A stretch of DNA of 53,879 bases from positions 1-53,879 of the forward strand of contig CAZXUS010000003.1 in assembly GCA_964643985.1 (NCBI GenBank). Reading direction: 5' to 3'. The notes under the pieces are model-generated. The model was not told the DNA's origin and ran no database searches. It saw only the letters and a list, made by a program, of their open reading frames with translations. Position 1 is the first letter of the stretch; the number at the start of each line of letters is the position of its first letter. Positions 51,348-53,879 of the stretch are shown here, piece after piece. The position numbers were made by a program, and so were the translations under genes. The stretch comes from an uncultured Bdellovibrionales bacterium. Its GTDB lineage: Bacteria > Patescibacteriota > Minisyncoccia > Moranbacterales > DUUL01.

Positions 51348-52163
51348 ATGACAAAAAAAGACAATTCAACTTTAATTGCGTTTTCCACAATGATGATTTT
51401 ACTAATGGCGGTAATTATATATTTCGTAATAACCAAAAAGAATTCTTCCGATGAAAATTCTCTGCTGGAAACCGAAGAAGAAAAAATTGAAGAGCTCAAT
51501 TATAATCTTACTTTTATAACCCCTAAAAAAGTTTTCGAAGCTATCCGTAAAGAAAATTCTCTCATAATTGACACTAGAAATAATCCAGATTTCATTGAAA
51601 ATCACATTGAATCTTCGATAAATATTCCTTTGGAAAATTTTATCGAGAAAGAATTTCAATTAGATATAGAAAAAAATCTAATTTTCATAGAAAAAGAAGG
51701 AACTCAAGACGGAAAAAAAATAGCCAACCGACTCAAAGAAAATGGCTATAAATTAAATTACTTAAAAGGTGGACTCTACAGTTATCTTGGCGCTGGTTAT
51801 GACTTAATTTCCTACGGAGACGTCAATTCAGCTCAAGATAGAGCCAAGGTCAATTTAATCGATTTAGCAACTCTCGGAAGCAAACTCACTTCTGGGGAAA
51901 GATTTATCTATTTAGATGTTCGAAAAAAAAGTGATTTTGATAAAGATCATTTTGAAAATTCAGTCAATATCGCCTTAGAAGATTTAGAAAAAAATAAAAG
52001 CAATCTTCCAACTGGAAAACTTTTAATTATCGATGAAAATAACGCCCGCAGTTTTAAAGCTGCCGTTCGATTGTCCGATATGAATGTATTGACTGTTTAT
52101 TACTTAACCGATAAATATAGTGAATTTAAAAAAGCCATTCAAAATAAAACACTACTGAAGTAG
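51348..52163 (+). CDS. Membrane-anchored protein with two rhodanese-like domains
   Basis: N-terminal TM segment and two repeats of the rhodanese pattern (..IIDTRNNPDFIENHIESSINIP.. and ..YLDVRKKSDFDKDHFENSVNIA..). I saw no active-site Cys. Confidence 0.55.
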   Translation: MTKKDNSTLIAFSTMMILLMAVIIYFVITKKNSSDENSLLETEEEKIEELNYNLTFITPKKVFEAIRKENSLIIDTRNNPDFIENHIESSINIPLENFIEKEFQLDIEKNLIFIEKEGTQDGKKIANRLKENGYKLNYLKGGLYSYLGAGYDLISYGDVNSAQDRAKVNLIDLATLGSKLTSGERFIYLDVRKKSDFDKDHFENSVNIALEDLEKNKSNLPTGKLLIIDENNARSFKAAVRLSDMNVLTVYYLTDKYSEFKKAIQNKTLLK

Positions 52164-52325
52164 AGTTTTATTTTGAAATTTACAATAAACTTTTGATAAA
52201 TATTCAATACTCAACATTCAACATTCATTCAACAACTAAATACTTCAATACTCAATTATTGAATATTGATAAATTGGATATTGAATGAATATTGTTTATT
52301 GAATATTGAACATTTGCTCTTAATT

Positions 52326-52466
52326 AGTACGGCGAACGAAAAGTGCAGATTTCAACATAATAAACGCCTCCAAAGCTAGAGACTTAATAATTTAAGTAAA
52401 GTTTGAGGAGAATTTGAGCACCGAGTAAGACGTACTGAAAAGTACGGCGAACGAGTGGCGGAAATA
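52326..52466 (+). repeat. Family C element(s): a partial copy plus a full copy
   Basis: AGTACGGCGAACGA occurs twice (52326 and 52441). The full unit is ..GTTTGAGGAGAATTTGAGCACCGAGTAAGACGTACTGAAAAGTACGGCGAACGAGTGGCGGAAATA. Confidence 0.7.
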
Positions 52467-52627
52467 GGGACCAAGTTTGAATACAATTTCGTAATGAAAT
52501 TTTAAATTTTTGAGGTAAATTATTCAAATAATTTTTGAAGCACTGGCCATAGTCAATGTAATAAAATTTTTGTATAATTTAGCCAAAAATTTTAGATTGA
52601 ATAGAAAGAGTATTTAAATTTAGTCCC
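52467..52627. mobile_element. MITE-like element, family D, copy 4
   Basis: GGGACCAAGTTTGAATAC ... GTATTTAAATTTAGTCCC, with the shared internal hairpin (..TTTTGAGGTAAATTATTCAAATAATTTTTGAAGC..). Confidence 0.7.
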
Positions 52628-52661
52628 AAGACAAAAAAATTTACTAAATTTTTAAGTCTCA

Positions 52662-53879
52662 TCAGTACTCTCTTTGCTCGATTTCCATGATGCGATTGTA
52701 CTTGGCGGCTCTCTCAATCCTCGCCGGCGCCCCAAACTTCACATACTCCGCTTCCGTCGCAATCGCTAAATCAGCAATAAAATCATCCGCTGTTTCTCCA
52801 CTTCGATGCGATACCGCAATTTTAAAATCATTATCTCGAGCAACATTAATTGCCCTAATCGTCTCAGACAAAGATCCAATTTGATTAACTTTAATTAAAA
52901 CCGCGTTACAAGCATCCTTATTAACCGCTTCTTGAATTAATTTTTCATTAGTCACCAATAAATCATCTCCGATTATCGGTAATTTATGTTTATTTTCTTG
53001 ATTAAAAGCAATCCAACCCGTCCAATCAAATTCACTCATCGGATCTTCAATCACTTTCATATTATATTTTTCAATCCATTCTTGATACATTGATTGGATT
53101 TTTTTGCTATCCAATGAAACTTTTTCTAATTTCAAATTATATTTATTGGTTTTTTTATCATAAAAACTGTTAGCCGCCGCATCAATTCCAGTTCCCACTT
53201 CTTTTTTAGAATAACCAGCTTTCTTAATTGCTTTTTGGATAAACGCTAAAGCACTTTGATTATCTGGCAAGCGAGGAGCAAAACCGCCCTCATCACCCAC
53301 CGCTACTCGATAATCGTCCCCAATCAAAATATTTCGTAAATTATGATAAACTTCCGCTCCGGCTCTTATCCTATCGGTAAAATTTTCAAAACCAAATGGC
53401 ACCACCATAAATTCCTGAATATCCAATAAACTGTCAGAATGTTCTCCACCATTAACTAAATTCATCATTGGAATTGGAAATTTATAATCAACGCTTTCTT
53501 CCAAATCATAAACTTTTCGTAAATATTTCCACAATGGTAAACCTTTTTTAATCGCCGCCACTCTGGCCACCGCTAAAGAAACTGCCAAAATGGCATTGGC
53601 TCCCAACCTTGATTTGTTTTCAGTTCCATCCAATTCAATCATAATTTGATCGATTTCTTTTTGATCAAAAATTGACATATTTTTAATAGCAGGAAAAATT
53701 TCTTTTTCAATATTCTCACAAACCTGCTGAACTCCCTTGCCTAAAAATCTTTTCTTGTCACCATCCCGAAGCTCTAAGGCTTCTTTGGTTCCAGTAGAAG
53801 CTCCTGAAGGCACCGCTGCCTTAGCCGACGTTCCGTCCATCAATGTCACTCTAGCCTCCACTGTCGGATTAGCTCTCGA
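52662..53879 (-). CDS. eno: Enolase; the 5' end runs off the window
   Basis: ..SGASTGTKEALELRDGDKKRFLGKGV.., ..DDLLVTN.., ..SHRSGETAD.. The frame is open upstream of the track's Met (..PTVEARV..) to position 53879. Confidence 0.95.
   Translation of the reverse strand, partial: SRANPTVEARVTLMDGTSAKAAVPSGASTGTKEALELRDGDKKRFLGKGVQQVCENIEKEIFPAIKNMSIFDQKEIDQIMIELDGTENKSRLGANAILAVSLAVARVAAIKKGLPLWKYLRKVYDLEESVDYKFPIPMMNLVNGGEHSDSLLDIQEFMVVPFGFENFTDRIRAGAEVYHNLRNILIGDDYRVAVGDEGGFAPRLPDNQSALAFIQKAIKKAGYSKKEVGTGIDAAANSFYDKKTNKYNLKLEKVSLDSKKIQSMYQEWIEKYNMKVIEDPMSEFDWTGWIAFNQENKHKLPIIGDDLLVTNEKLIQEAVNKDACNAVLIKVNQIGSLSETIRAINVARDNDFKIAVSHRSGETADDFIADLAIATEAEYVKFGAPARIERAAKYNRIMEIEQREY

Overview
This is an AT-rich (about 30% G+C by eye), gene-dense bacterial fragment that uses the standard genetic code. 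Gene content and style suggest a Candidate Phyla Radiation / Patescibacteria (Parcubacteria-like) genome: compact housekeeping genes, O-antigen-ligase/TPR membrane proteins, VanW, RNHCP, DUF1294 and many small hypothetical membrane proteins. That taxonomic placement is an inference.

Recognisable core genes:
- Translation factors and ribosomal proteins: rpmE, prfA-prmC, smpB plus ssrA (tmRNA), infC-rpmI-rplT, def-fmt.
- tRNA synthetases and RNA modification or processing: valS, thrS, a miaB-like gene, rsmI, rnc, tRNA-His.
- Replication and chromosome maintenance: dnaE, priA, a short smc.
- Metabolism: gpmI, eno, a small ferredoxin, and nrdR-nrdD (anaerobic ribonucleotide reductase).
- Other: hsp20, a NUDIX hydrolase and an ABC ATPase.

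No CRISPR array, transposase, integrase or prophage gene is visible. The non-coding and gene-architecture layer is the unusual part:
1. At least eight families of short palindromic or MITE-like repeats fill the spacers. Some sit inside functional elements: a 163-bp MITE-like copy in the antiterminator loop of the thrS T-box leader, a 78-nt structured element in frame inside rsmI, and palindromes inside miaB.
2. There are two ORF-free, G+C-enriched, terminator-bounded candidate structured RNAs of unknown class, at 14627-15117 and 23546-23695. The second carries a 20-nt copy of the 3' end of the neighbouring tRNA-His.
3. nrdD is split, with its glycyl-radical domain encoded as a separate 80-aa ORF.
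4. A 1.1-kb island bounded by inverted repeats holds three SD-led micro-ORFs that fall below the ORF-track cutoff.
5. ssrA is nested between 50-bp inverted repeats.
6. Two adjacent genes are disrupted by frameshifts.

All calls come from reading the sequence by eye. No searches or folding programs were run.
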